Origin: an uncultured Bacilli bacterium
GTDB taxonomy: Bacteria > Bacillota_I > Bacilli_A > RF39 > UBA660
Assembly: GCA_947585665.1 (NCBI GenBank)
Contig: CANPXE010000005.1
Coordinates: forward strand, 760-64,759
DNA length: 64,000 nucleotides
Direction: 5' to 3'
Shown: positions 27,829 through 39,686 of the stretch, one piece after another
Numbering within the stretch: the stretch's first letter is position 1
Layout: each line of letters begins with the position of its first letter
The notes under the pieces: generated by a model
Seen by the model: the letters and a program-made list of their open reading frames with translations, nothing else
What the model was told of the DNA's origin: nothing
Database searches by the model: none
Made by a program: the position numbers and the translations under genes

Positions 27829-28772
27829 TCTTTGACCACCATCTTTTCTTTTTGAAGTTGTGCTTCAAAGGAACTTGGCCACAAGCAACCACTACATGCA
27901 TGAGCATCTTCTTCACGAGCTTCTAAAAATGCATCTTTTTTGGTTTTTAAATCAAATATAGTAAATTTATCATTCACTTTTCCAATTTTATCACAGCAGC
28001 ATACCATTCTTCCATCAGAGTCAATTCGTAGTTCAGATAGTCCATTACATTTCCAATCTAGATTCTTGATGTGTTTTTTGGATTCTTCTAAAAAAGCAAT
28101 GGAGTTTTTGATTTTATAACCTTTTTGTGCTAATGCAATTATTTTATCAATGGTTTTATTATATATATCTATATCATTTTCATTAATAAAAGCAAATCTT
28201 TCATTATTTTTACGATGATCAAATGAACCCTCATTTCCCCAATGAAATGGTATTATGTATGTATAAACTCCTCGGGCATTCATATATTCAATTAATTCTA
28301 GGATGTTTATAACATTATTTTTATTTAAAACCGTATAATTAGTTATTCTAGGATCTTTACAATTTTCAATTAGGTAATCTATTAATCTAAGACCGTTTTT
28401 GGCTTTAAGAGGACTTATTGATTCTTTAATGTTTAGATTGTCAACACTAACACCCAAAGAAGTTAGTCCAACATCCAATAATTTTTGAGCTTTATCAAAA
28501 TTACTAAAACCATTTGTCGTTAAACTGCAATTGAGATTTAAAGTATTAGTAGCATAATCAACTAATTCAACGATTTTAGGATATATTAATGGTTCACCAC
28601 CTAATATTACAACATCTTTTACACCCATGTCTTTAATAATATTTAGTGCTTCTTGCCATTCTTCTAGTGATAAATCTTCTCTTTCCGTATTTTGAATATT
28701 ACAATACATACATTTCATGTTACATTTACGTGTTATTCTAATACCAGCATTTACAATAAAATCTTTTTTCAT
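27825..28772 (-). CDS. radical SAM enzyme with a partial SPASM (twitch-like) C-terminal cysteine domain
   Basis: CNMKCMYC (CxxxCxxC) at residues 17-24, GGEPL, and C-terminal CNGLSELRIDSDGRMVCCC ... CSGC. Confidence 0.8.
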   Translation of the reverse strand: MKKDFIVNAGIRITRKCNMKCMYCNIQNTEREDLSLEEWQEALNIIKDMGVKDVVILGGEPLIYPKIVELVDYATNTLNLNCSLTTNGFSNFDKAQKLLDVGLTSLGVSVDNLNIKESISPLKAKNGLRLIDYLIENCKDPRITNYTVLNKNNVINILELIEYMNARGVYTYIIPFHWGNEGSFDHRKNNERFAFINENDIDIYNKTIDKIIALAQKGYKIKNSIAFLEESKKHIKNLDWKCNGLSELRIDSDGRMVCCCDKIGKVNDKFTIFDLKTKKDAFLEAREEDAHACSGCLWPSSFEAQLQKEKMVVKE

Positions 28773-28775
28773 GAC

Positions 28776-30086
28776 CTATTCCCCTTTACATCTTCCTATT
28801 GATATGTATTCTATTTGTTCTTTTTTTACTTTATTAATATCATAACAATTTCTTCCATCATATATTAATGGTTCTTTCATTAATAATCGATATTTTTGAA
28901 TTGGATATTTTTTTATATCTTGCCAATCTGTAAAAATAAAAGCAACATCAGCACTTTTTAATGCTTCATCGATTGAAGTACAATATTTAACTTTGTCTTT
29001 ATAAATTTCTTTTAATTTATTTAATCCATATGGATCATATATAAATAAATTTGCTTTTTTTTGTAGCAATATGTCTATATTTATAAGAGCGGGAGAACAT
29101 CTAATATCATCAGTATTTGCTTTATAAGTAACACCTAAAATAGCTATTTTCATATTTTGTATATTACTATGATTACACAAAAACAAATCAACTAATTTTT
29201 GTGACTGAATTTCATTAACTTTTAAAACACTATCAATTATTTTTAATTCAACATTCATTTGATTGGCAATAAACTTAATTGATTCAAGATCTTTTGGAAG
29301 ACAGCTTCCACCAAAACCAATTCCTGGTTTTAAGTAATTTTTACCAATTCGTTTATCATAACCCATTCCTTTTGTTACTTCTTCAATATTTATATCCATC
29401 TTTTCACATAATGTAGACATTTCATTAATGAATGAAATTTTAGTTGCCAAAAAACTATTTGATGCATATTTAATCATTTCTGCACTTTTTCTACTTGTGA
29501 ACATAATTGGTGTTTTTGCGATTATAAAATTTTTCTTATATATATTTTTGATAATATTAAAAATTTTTTTATTTTGACAGCCAATTATAATACGATCAGG
29601 ATTATTATAATTATCTAGACAACTTCCTTGTGATAAGAATTCGGGAATAAAAGCAACATTTACTTTATAAGAGCTGTTTTGATCAAAATAATTTTGAATT
29701 TCATCAGATACACCAATTGGAACAGTGGATTTTATTATTAGCAATATATCATTATAAATATTTTTAATAATACTTTGGCAAACATTCCAAACATAAGTTA
29801 AATCGGCACTGCCGTTAGAACTTTTTGGTGTAGGAACACATAAGAAAACGACATTTGTATTTTTAAATGCTTTATTGTATTTATTGGTATATTTAAGATT
29901 GGAAAAACTATTAATATTTATTTTTTCAAGTGTTTTATCGTAAAGGGGAATTGTTCCTCTTTTTAATTTATTAATTTTTTTATTGTCTATATCTAAACAA
30001 ATTATGTTATTATTTGAATTTTGAGCCAAAGATATGGCAATTGTCAAACCAACATATCCTAATCCAACAATAGTAAAATTATTCAT
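28776..30086 (-). CDS. nucleotide-sugar 6-dehydrogenase (UDP-glucose/GDP-mannose dehydrogenase family)
   Basis: N-terminal IVGLGYVGLT and the catalytic-Cys motif GFGGSCLPKD. AAGGGG RBS. Confidence 0.85.
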   Translation of the reverse strand: MNNFTIVGLGYVGLTIAISLAQNSNNNIICLDIDNKKINKLKRGTIPLYDKTLEKININSFSNLKYTNKYNKAFKNTNVVFLCVPTPKSSNGSADLTYVWNVCQSIIKNIYNDILLIIKSTVPIGVSDEIQNYFDQNSSYKVNVAFIPEFLSQGSCLDNYNNPDRIIIGCQNKKIFNIIKNIYKKNFIIAKTPIMFTSRKSAEMIKYASNSFLATKISFINEMSTLCEKMDINIEEVTKGMGYDKRIGKNYLKPGIGFGGSCLPKDLESIKFIANQMNVELKIIDSVLKVNEIQSQKLVDLFLCNHSNIQNMKIAILGVTYKANTDDIRCSPALINIDILLQKKANLFIYDPYGLNKLKEIYKDKVKYCTSIDEALKSADVAFIFTDWQDIKKYPIQKYRLLMKEPLIYDGRNCYDINKVKKEQIEYISIGRCKGE

Positions 30087-30169
30087 ATATTAACCCCTTT
30101 TATAAAAAGAATGTGAAATATAAAATTATACATATATATATAATTAATTTGATACTCTTTTTCATGCAA

Positions 30170-30213
30170 TATTAAAAGCAACTAATAAAATCTTTACTAT
30201 ATTTTAGTTGCTT
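30170..30213 (-). terminator. terminator of deoB
   Basis: AAGCAACTAA / TTAGTTGCTT 10-bp stem with an 18-nt loop, followed by TTAATATT. Confidence 0.5.
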
Positions 30214-30238
30214 ATCTTTTATTTGTCAATAATATATA

Positions 30239-31411
30239 TTAGTTAAGTTTATCAAGAAAACTAGTTCCAATTTTTGGTAATTGAACGTCAAAGTTTTCAG
30301 CAATAGTAGCACCAATATCAGCCATTGTTTCTAATGGTTCTAATTTGGTTGGATTTTTAAGATTACGACCATATAATATTACTGGAACATTTTCTCTTGT
30401 ATGGGAGTATCCAGGAGCTGTTGGATCATTACCATGATCCGCTGTTATGATTAATAAATCATCATTATTTAATTTATTTAAAATCATAGGTATTTCAACA
30501 TCAAACTCTTCGATTGCTTTAGCATACCCTTCTACATCTCTTTTATGCCCATAAATGGCATCAAAATCATTTAGGTTAGTTAAACATACACCTGTAAAAT
30601 TTTTAGTCATTATATCAGTTAATTTATTTATGGTATCGATATTTGTTTTGGCACCCTTGATTATTTTTGTTATTCCTTCGCCATCAAAGACATCAGCTAC
30701 TTTACCAATAGCAATAACACTATAATCTTTTTCTTTTAATTCGTCTAAAACACTTCTTTGTGGTGGTTTAATAGCTAAATCAAGACGATCATTTGTAAAC
30801 TTGAATTTTCCAGGTTTACCATTAAACGGACGAGCAATGACACGAGCTACTTTCCATTGTTCATTTTCAAGTGTTAATTTTCTTATCTTTTGACAATACA
30901 TATGAAGTTTAGCAACAGGTACGATATCTTCGTGGGCTGCTACTTGAAGAGTGGAATCATTTGAAGTATAAACGATTAAAGAACCATAATTTAAATGTCT
31001 TTCTCCTAATTCTTTAATTATTTCTTCACCACTTGTAACTTTATTACCAATAACTCTTTTACCAGTAACTTCTTCAATACGATCGATTAATTCAATTGGA
31101 AAAGCTTTGGCATTGAATGTTTTAAAAGCTTTTTTATTTTCAATTCCAACTATTTCGTAATGTCCAGTCAAACTATCTTTACCTTTATTTATAGGTCTTG
31201 CGATAGTATAATAAGCATCAACATTTTCTTTATCATCCATTGTAATGGTATTTAAAAAACCTAATTTTTCTAGATTGGGAATGAATAAATCATAATTATC
31301 CATAATATGTTTTAAGGTATTAGTTCCTGTATCATTATATTCGTTAGCATCTAATGCTTCCCCTACTCCTAATGAGTCTAAAATCAAAACAAATATTCGT
31401 TTAAATTTCAT
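30239..31411 (-). CDS. deoB: phosphopentomutase
   Basis: LDSLGVGE, TGHYEI and ADHGNDPT motifs; about 390 aa. Confidence 0.95.
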   Translation of the reverse strand: MKFKRIFVLILDSLGVGEALDANEYNDTGTNTLKHIMDNYDLFIPNLEKLGFLNTITMDDKENVDAYYTIARPINKGKDSLTGHYEIVGIENKKAFKTFNAKAFPIELIDRIEEVTGKRVIGNKVTSGEEIIKELGERHLNYGSLIVYTSNDSTLQVAAHEDIVPVAKLHMYCQKIRKLTLENEQWKVARVIARPFNGKPGKFKFTNDRLDLAIKPPQRSVLDELKEKDYSVIAIGKVADVFDGEGITKIIKGAKTNIDTINKLTDIMTKNFTGVCLTNLNDFDAIYGHKRDVEGYAKAIEEFDVEIPMILNKLNNDDLLIITADHGNDPTAPGYSHTRENVPVILYGRNLKNPTKLEPLETMADIGATIAENFDVQLPKIGTSFLDKLN

Positions 31412-31425
31412 TTTTTTACACTTCC

Positions 31426-32313
31426 TTATTTTTTACTTCTAGGATGAAATTCTTCATATTCTCTTTTTATTTTATTGTTTGATATATGAGTATATATTTT
31501 TGTAGTCGCAATATCAGCGTGCCCTAATAATTCTTGAATACTTCGTAAATCAGCACCATATTCTAACATATGAGTTGCGAAGCTATGTCTTAGAGAGTGT
31601 GGTGATACATCTTTTTTGATGTTTTTTTCAGCAAGTAGTCTCTTTAAAATTTTAAAGAAACTAAAGCGACTTAATCTTCCACCTAAATTATTTAAATATA
31701 AGTATTCACAAGTTTTATTTTTTAAAAGTAAATTACGGACTTCTAAGTAATTATTAAGAGATTCCATCGTATATTCACCAATTGGGACGATACGCTCTTT
31801 ACTACCTTTTCCTGAACACCTAACTACACAATTTTCTAAATCAAAATCAGTTAGTTTTAAGTCTAACAATTCGGAGATTCTAAGACCGGTGCCATACATC
31901 AATTCTAGCATAGATTTATTGCGGTAGTCAAATGGAGTTTCACATTTAATATCAAGTAATCTATCGACTTCATCAACTGTTAAAACATTAGGTAATTTTT
32001 TGCGTAAACGGGGTCTTTCAATTGTTTCTGACACATCAACCTTTAATATTCGACGTTGAAATAAATAATTATGAAAAGATTTAATCGTTGTCAATTTTCG
32101 TGCAAGTGATGATGGCTTTTCACCACTCTTACTCAAGTTTTCTAAATATTTTTCAATATCACTCTTACTTATGTCTTTAGTCTTAAAGATATTCTCTTTT
32201 TGTAAAAATTCTTGATATTTCAATAAGTCATTATGATAAGATTGACAAGTATTTTTACTGAGACCTTTTTCAAATTGGATGTGATTGATAAAATCTTCTA
32301 TATCGTCATTCAT
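31426..32313 (-). CDS. xerD: tyrosine recombinase XerD/XerC
   Basis: RISEL, HSLRHSFATHML and LGHADIATTKIYTH catalytic motifs. The xerD-deoB adjacency matches B. subtilis ripX-drm. Sequence alone does not settle XerC versus XerD. Confidence 0.75.
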   Translation of the reverse strand: MNDDIEDFINHIQFEKGLSKNTCQSYHNDLLKYQEFLQKENIFKTKDISKSDIEKYLENLSKSGEKPSSLARKLTTIKSFHNYLFQRRILKVDVSETIERPRLRKKLPNVLTVDEVDRLLDIKCETPFDYRNKSMLELMYGTGLRISELLDLKLTDFDLENCVVRCSGKGSKERIVPIGEYTMESLNNYLEVRNLLLKNKTCEYLYLNNLGGRLSRFSFFKILKRLLAEKNIKKDVSPHSLRHSFATHMLEYGADLRSIQELLGHADIATTKIYTHISNNKIKREYEEFHPRSKK

Positions 32314-32416
32314 ATTACCACCAATATTATTATAACACTTTTATAATAGTTTTTATTAAAAAACATTTGTACGATATATTGATAGATGTTATAATATTTT
32401 TTAGAGAGTGATTAAT

Positions 32417-33637
32417 ATGAATGAACTTTTAGCACGTAAAATGAATCCTAAAACATTAAGTGATGTTGTAGGACAAAAACATTTAATTGGTGAAAATAAA
32501 GTTTTGACCAATTTAGTAAATAATGGGCATCTTTTTTCCATGATCTTATATGGTCCTCCAGGTATTGGTAAAACGAGTATTGCTACGGCTATCGTCAATG
32601 ATTTAAAGTGTCATTATCGCTTTTTAAATGCTACTATTAATAATAAGAAAGATTTTGATGCTGTTGTTGAAGAAGCCAAGATGATGGATGGTCTAGTTTT
32701 AATTATGGATGAAATTCATCGTCTTAATAAAGATAAACAAGATTTACTTTTACCGCAACTAGAGAGTGGCTTAATTACTTTGATTGGGATGACGACATCT
32801 AACCCTTATCACTCTATTAATCCTGCTATTAGAAGTAGATGTCAGTTATATGAATTAAAACCATTGGATGTCGATGATATTAAGTTATCAATAAAACGTG
32901 TCATAGAACATAAAATGTTACCTAAAATTAAAATTGATGATGAAGCCATTGATTATATTGCAAAAATTAGTGGAAGTGATTTACGCTATGCTTATAACTT
33001 ATTAGAAGTGGCTTACTACTCTACTAATGATAAGAAAATAAATGTTGATGTCTTAAAGAAACTTAATAATAAACCGGTTTTAGTTAGTGATAAAGATGGT
33101 GATGGTCATTATGATTTATTGAGTGCTTTTCAAAAATCAATTCGTGGAAGTGACGTTGATGCTTCTCTTCACTATTTAGGACGTCTAATTGAATTTGGCG
33201 ATTTAGACAGCATCTACAGAAGAATGAGCGTCATTTGTTATGAAGATATTGGCCTTGCTAATCCCAATATGGGACCAAGAGTTATGGCTGCGATTAGTGC
33301 TAGTGAATTAGTTGGCCTACCAGAAGCCCGTATTCCGCTTGCTGAAGTTGTTATTGAACTTGCCCTATCTCCTAAGTCTAATACGGCAATAAGTGCCATA
33401 GATAGCGTTTTAGAGGACATTGAAAAAGGTAATATCGGACCAATTCCTGAAACGATTAAAATTAGTTCAACAATCTATAAATATCCCCATAGTTTTCCAG
33501 GAAGTTTTGTCGTTCAACAGTATATGCCTGATAAATTATTAAATAAAAAGTATTATATTCCTAAAGACAGTGGCTATGAAATAAATATTAAACAAGTATA
33601 TGATAAGATAGAAAAAATAAAAAGAGAAAATAAATAA
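32417..33637 (+). CDS. rarA: replication-associated recombination protein A
   Basis: GPPGIGKTS Walker A, MDEIHRLNK and a MgsA C-terminal domain. ATG 32417 is preferred over the track GTG at 32408. Confidence 0.9.
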   Translation: MNELLARKMNPKTLSDVVGQKHLIGENKVLTNLVNNGHLFSMILYGPPGIGKTSIATAIVNDLKCHYRFLNATINNKKDFDAVVEEAKMMDGLVLIMDEIHRLNKDKQDLLLPQLESGLITLIGMTTSNPYHSINPAIRSRCQLYELKPLDVDDIKLSIKRVIEHKMLPKIKIDDEAIDYIAKISGSDLRYAYNLLEVAYYSTNDKKINVDVLKKLNNKPVLVSDKDGDGHYDLLSAFQKSIRGSDVDASLHYLGRLIEFGDLDSIYRRMSVICYEDIGLANPNMGPRVMAAISASELVGLPEARIPLAEVVIELALSPKSNTAISAIDSVLEDIEKGNIGPIPETIKISSTIYKYPHSFPGSFVVQQYMPDKLLNKKYYIPKDSGYEINIKQVYDKIEKIKRENK

Positions 33638-33647
33638 TTTCTCTTTT

Positions 33648-34763
33648 TTAATTGACCATTGTTTTAAATGAATTCAAAGATGTTGACTTATAAATTATAT
33701 ATCTTGGTATTCGATAATTATTATCACTTTGACTAGCTTTCCTGTTATCTCCTATAAAAGCTACTTTAAAACCTAAATCTTTTAATACGGAACTAGATGT
33801 ATCATTATAAGCATAAAATGGATAACAGAAGGCTTTATTAGAGTCCAATTCCTTAATTGATTTACTTAAATCTTCCATTAATTCAGTTTTGTTTAAACAT
33901 AATAATTTAGCTTTACTACTGCCATTACAATTTTGACTTACATGAATGTCATGTCCGTGTGACTCGATTTCTAAATAATCAGATTGATAATCTTTTTTAT
34001 CCCACCAAGCAGTAATTAGAAATAGTGTTGCATGCATTTGATATTTTTCAAGTAAAGGACTTAATTTATTACCATTTAATTTACCTGTTCCCATTGCCCC
34101 ATCATCGATTGTTATCAATACTGACTTTTTAGGTAAATTTATTTTTTTATACTTCCAATCAATAAACTCTTCCATTGTTAATGTTTTAAAACCATTATCT
34201 TTTAAGTACTTTAATTGATTTTCAAAATTTTTAACATCTAAACAAATGATTTCATTACATTTTTCATTTTTACTATCATAGAAAAAATGATAGTTTAAAA
34301 CGGTAATTTTGGTTGCTTTGTCTTGTCCTGCATAAGAATAAATAGGATCTTTTCCATCAAGTACTCTTTGAACATTTTCAATAGTTGTTGTCTTTGATAG
34401 TGTATAAGTATAGTCATCATCTTCTTTAGTTCCAATACTTACTTCAACTAATAAATCATCTTTTATGATGTAAAAACTATTACTCTTTTCATCTATTCCA
34501 TAATCATTATCAGTTAAATAAGTCTTTAATTCATCTAAAAATTTTTTAGTAACACATTCTTCTTTATCACAAGTATCTTTTATTTCCGGGATATATAATT
34601 TGTATTTAGGAATTATTTCTTGTTCTTTTGATAAATCAATAGGATCTTTTATTTTTCCTATTTCAATATCAGGTTCTAGTTTTTTATCGATTCCTTTAAA
34701 TACAAAATCAATGAATAGGTACATTGATACTAAAAGTATTAATAATAAGATAGTGTTTTTCAT
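33648..34763 (-). CDS. membrane-anchored polysaccharide deacetylase (NodB-domain) protein
   Basis: N-terminal TM segment, ITIDDGA and SHGHDIH NodB motifs. Confidence 0.65.
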   Translation of the reverse strand: MKNTILLLILLVSMYLFIDFVFKGIDKKLEPDIEIGKIKDPIDLSKEQEIIPKYKLYIPEIKDTCDKEECVTKKFLDELKTYLTDNDYGIDEKSNSFYIIKDDLLVEVSIGTKEDDDYTYTLSKTTTIENVQRVLDGKDPIYSYAGQDKATKITVLNYHFFYDSKNEKCNEIICLDVKNFENQLKYLKDNGFKTLTMEEFIDWKYKKINLPKKSVLITIDDGAMGTGKLNGNKLSPLLEKYQMHATLFLITAWWDKKDYQSDYLEIESHGHDIHVSQNCNGSSKAKLLCLNKTELMEDLSKSIKELDSNKAFCYPFYAYNDTSSSVLKDLGFKVAFIGDNRKASQSDNNYRIPRYIIYKSTSLNSFKTMVN

Positions 34764-34796
34764 TTTTTCATCACTTCACCAACATCTATATTTTAC

Positions 34797-34825
34797 AAAA
34801 AAAAGAGAGCTTTTTCTACTCTCTT
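34797..34825 (-). terminator. terminator of dnaJ
   Basis: AGAGAG-loop-CTCTCT hairpin followed by T8 on the minus strand. Confidence 0.6.
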
Positions 34826-35940
34826 TAATTATTTTTAACAAATTTATTAAATTTATTTATTTCACGATCTTCTAAATCAGTATCAGCAAGTTTTTCAAAT
34901 AGTCTCTTTTGTTCATGAGATAACTTCTCTGGGAATTTAACATCAAAGACAACGTACATATCACCTTTATGCTTAGTCGTTGAATTGTTAACTCCTTTAT
35001 CTTTGATGCGTTGTTTATCACCAGTATTTGTTCCAGCAGGAATAGTCATTTTAATATTTCCATAAAGTGTGGGAATCGTCTTTTTACAACCTAGAGCTGC
35101 TTCGGATACAGTTATAGGTACTTTTAAATAGATATCATCATCATCTCTTTGGTAAAACTCGTGACTTTGAATAGAAAATTCAAGGTATAAGTCACCATTT
35201 GGTCCACCATTACTTCCAGCTTCCCCTTTACCACTCAAACGAAGACGATTACCATTATCAACCCCGCTAGGAATAGTGACGTTTAATATCTTTTCCTTCA
35301 TGATGCGGCCACGACCATTACATTTAGAACATTTTCTTCGATAGGTTTTACCTTCACCATTACAGTCAGGACAAGTTGTTCTTGTCATAAAACTACCAAA
35401 AAGACTTCTTTGTTGAGATGTAACAGTACCACTTCCGTGACAAGTTGAACAAGTTTCACTATCGAAACCACCTTCACCATCGCAGGCATCGCAAGTTTCG
35501 CTAACATTTACTTTAATTTGTTTTTCACAACCAAATATGGCTTCCTCAAAATCAAGATTAATATGAATTAATTTATCACTACCACGCGTTTTACGATTCT
35601 TGCTAGTTGATCCTCCACTTGAACCAAAACCAAAACTATTTCCAAAAATACTATCAAATATATCGGAAAAGTCAAAGTCTTGGGCATTGAATCCACTAAA
35701 TCCATTACCAGCACTACCATCAAAAGCGGCATGACCAAATTGATCGTATTGTTTACGCTTATTTTCATCCGATAAAACAGCATATGCTTCTTGAATTTCT
35801 TTGAATTTTTCTTCGGCATTAGCTTCTTTTGATACATCAGGATGGTACTGTTTAGCAAGTTTACGGAAAGCACTCTTTATTTCCGCATCAGTTGCATTCT
35901 TATCGACACCTAAGACTTCATAATAATCTTTTTTATTCAT
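34825..35940 (-). CDS. dnaJ: molecular chaperone DnaJ
   Basis: J-domain with HPD, a G/F region and four CxxCxGxG repeats. Confidence 0.95.
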   Translation of the reverse strand: MNKKDYYEVLGVDKNATDAEIKSAFRKLAKQYHPDVSKEANAEEKFKEIQEAYAVLSDENKRKQYDQFGHAAFDGSAGNGFSGFNAQDFDFSDIFDSIFGNSFGFGSSGGSTSKNRKTRGSDKLIHINLDFEEAIFGCEKQIKVNVSETCDACDGEGGFDSETCSTCHGSGTVTSQQRSLFGSFMTRTTCPDCNGEGKTYRRKCSKCNGRGRIMKEKILNVTIPSGVDNGNRLRLSGKGEAGSNGGPNGDLYLEFSIQSHEFYQRDDDDIYLKVPITVSEAALGCKKTIPTLYGNIKMTIPAGTNTGDKQRIKDKGVNNSTTKHKGDMYVVFDVKFPEKLSHEQKRLFEKLADTDLEDREINKFNKFVKNN

Positions 35941-35954
35941 AATACACCAACTTT

Positions 35955-37754
35955 CTAACTGTTGTAGACCTCTTTAAATTCATCAATTATTTCATCAAAC
36001 ATTTTAATTGCTTTTTCAATAACTTCTTTTTGAGTCATATCTACACCAGCAACTTTTAATTCATCAATTGGATACATACTACCACCCAATGTTAAAAACT
36101 TTAAGTAATTTTCTTTAGCATCCTTTTTATTATCTAATATATTAGTGACGATTGCCGAAGCAGCTGATAAACCCGTTGCATATTGATAAACATAGAAATT
36201 CATATAGAAATGGGGAATTCGTTCCCATTCATATCTAATCTCATCATCAATGACAACTCTATCACCAAAATATTTCTTATTTAATTCATAATAGTAGTCA
36301 CATAATAAATCATACGTTATTACTTCTCCATTTTCAACTCTTTCGTAAATACCACGCTCAAATTCAGCAAACATTGTTTGACGGAAAATAGTTCCTTTAA
36401 ATAATTCCATTAAATTATCTAAAATAACGAGTTTCTCTTCCCTACTATTAGATTTATTTAACATATGTTTATAAAGAAGCATTTCATTTACAGTGGATGC
36501 AACTTCAGCGACAAAGATGCAGTAACCATATGAATGATATGGATTATTCTTTATTGAGTAATAACTATGCATGGAATGACCTAATTCATGAGCAATCGTT
36601 GATACATCATCAAGTCGTCCTTGATAATTCATGAGAACGAAAGGATTAGAACGATATGAACCCCAAGAATAGGCACCACCACGCTTATTTTCATTAGGAT
36701 ATTTATCAATCCAATTTTCATTGAATGCTTTTTTAATATTACTTATGTAATCTTCACCTAAAATACTTAAAGCATCTATTACTAAATCTTTAGCTTCAGC
36801 AAAAGAATATTCTTTAGTATTTTCTTTAACTAAACTAGCATATATATCATATAAATGCAATTCATCTAAACCTAAAACTTCTTTTTTCAAATCATAATAT
36901 TTATAAATGGTATCTAAATGTTTATTGACTGTATCAATTAGATTGTCATAAACACTTATATCGATATTATTACTGAATAGTGCTCTTTCACGAGCTGAAT
37001 TAAACTTGCGTAGTTTACTCAAATGAATATTGGCATCAACTTCACCAGCATAAGTAGTTGCAAGAGTGTTTTTGAAATTGGCATAAGCTTTATATAATTG
37101 TTTAAAGGCACGTTTACGCACATCACGATTCTTAGACTCCATAAAAAGTGCATAATTATTGTTAGTTAAATCAACTGTTTTGCCGTTTTCGTCTTCTATC
37201 GTTCCTAATTTTAAATCGGAATTACGAATGATACTAGCAGTTTTGTTAGAATAGTCTAAATCGTTAGAAAGACTAGATATTATCTTTTCTTCTTCTTCAC
37301 TTAGAGTGTGTTCTTTAAAGCGGAAGACATCTTTTAAATCAAATTCATAATCAAGAAGTTTAGGATAATCTTTATAAAAACTTTCGATTTTTTGATAATC
37401 AGCTTTTAATAGTTCAGGTGTTGCGAAAGAAAACTCTTCACTAATTTTAACTTCAAGATTTTCAATCTTTCCAACAAGAGCAATATAAGTCGTATTAGAA
37501 GTATCTTCATCACTCTTCATTCTAGCATAAATTAATAGATTTTCTAGTATTTCACTCATTTCATCAGACGCAACTAAATAATTGTATAGCGTTTTAGCAT
37601 CATCTAATAAATGGTTGCGATACTTCAATAGTTTTTCTTCTAAAGTGATTAACTTATTATAGTCTTTTTCCCATTCAGCAATATTTTGATACATACTCTC
37701 CAAGTTCCATTTGTCTTCTTGTTTTACTTCACTTCTTTTAGGTTCTTTTTCCAT
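35955..37754 (-). CDS. pepF: oligoendopeptidase F (M3B)
   Basis: HELGH zinc motif ([10 protein letters not shown]); about 600 aa. Confidence 0.9.
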   Translation of the reverse strand: MEKEPKRSEVKQEDKWNLESMYQNIAEWEKDYNKLITLEEKLLKYRNHLLDDAKTLYNYLVASDEMSEILENLLIYARMKSDEDTSNTTYIALVGKIENLEVKISEEFSFATPELLKADYQKIESFYKDYPKLLDYEFDLKDVFRFKEHTLSEEEEKIISSLSNDLDYSNKTASIIRNSDLKLGTIEDENGKTVDLTNNNYALFMESKNRDVRKRAFKQLYKAYANFKNTLATTYAGEVDANIHLSKLRKFNSARERALFSNNIDISVYDNLIDTVNKHLDTIYKYYDLKKEVLGLDELHLYDIYASLVKENTKEYSFAEAKDLVIDALSILGEDYISNIKKAFNENWIDKYPNENKRGGAYSWGSYRSNPFVLMNYQGRLDDVSTIAHELGHSMHSYYSIKNNPYHSYGYCIFVAEVASTVNEMLLYKHMLNKSNSREEKLVILDNLMELFKGTIFRQTMFAEFERGIYERVENGEVITYDLLCDYYYELNKKYFGDRVVIDDEIRYEWERIPHFYMNFYVYQYATGLSAASAIVTNILDNKKDAKENYLKFLTLGGSMYPIDELKVAGVDMTQKEVIEKAIKMFDEIIDEFKEVYNS

Positions 37755-37770
37755 ATGTTCTCCTTTTAAT

Positions 37771-37802
37771 CAAAAGTCGAAGTTCTAGTTTCCTAGAACT
37801 TC
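37771..37802 (-). terminator. hairpin after dnaK (weak T-run)
   Basis: GAAGTTCTAG-tttc-CTAGAACTTC 10-bp stem, followed by GACTTTTG on the minus strand. Confidence 0.5.
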
Positions 37803-37818
37803 TTCTTTATTTAATATT

Positions 37819-39675
<1,857 letters not shown>

Positions 39676-39686
39676 TTATTTAAATT

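Noticed and set aside
30100-30165. A 21-codon hydrophobic ORF (MKKSIKLIIYICIILYFTFFL*) just upstream of the ten-gene operon. I considered it as a possible precursor or leader peptide.
   Set aside because: It has no Shine-Dalgarno sequence and its ATG lies only a few nucleotides downstream of the deoB terminator hairpin. Such I/L/F/Y/K-rich ORFs arise by chance at this AT content. It is worth rechecking only if homologous operons conserve it.
31426-32313. The tyrosine recombinase as the integrase of a mobile element carrying the 20.8-30.1 kb operon.
   Set aside because: It has the XerC/XerD housekeeping signature. It is adjacent to deoB as in B. subtilis (ripX-drm). It is separated from the island by deoB. 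I found no flanking direct repeats or att-like duplication.
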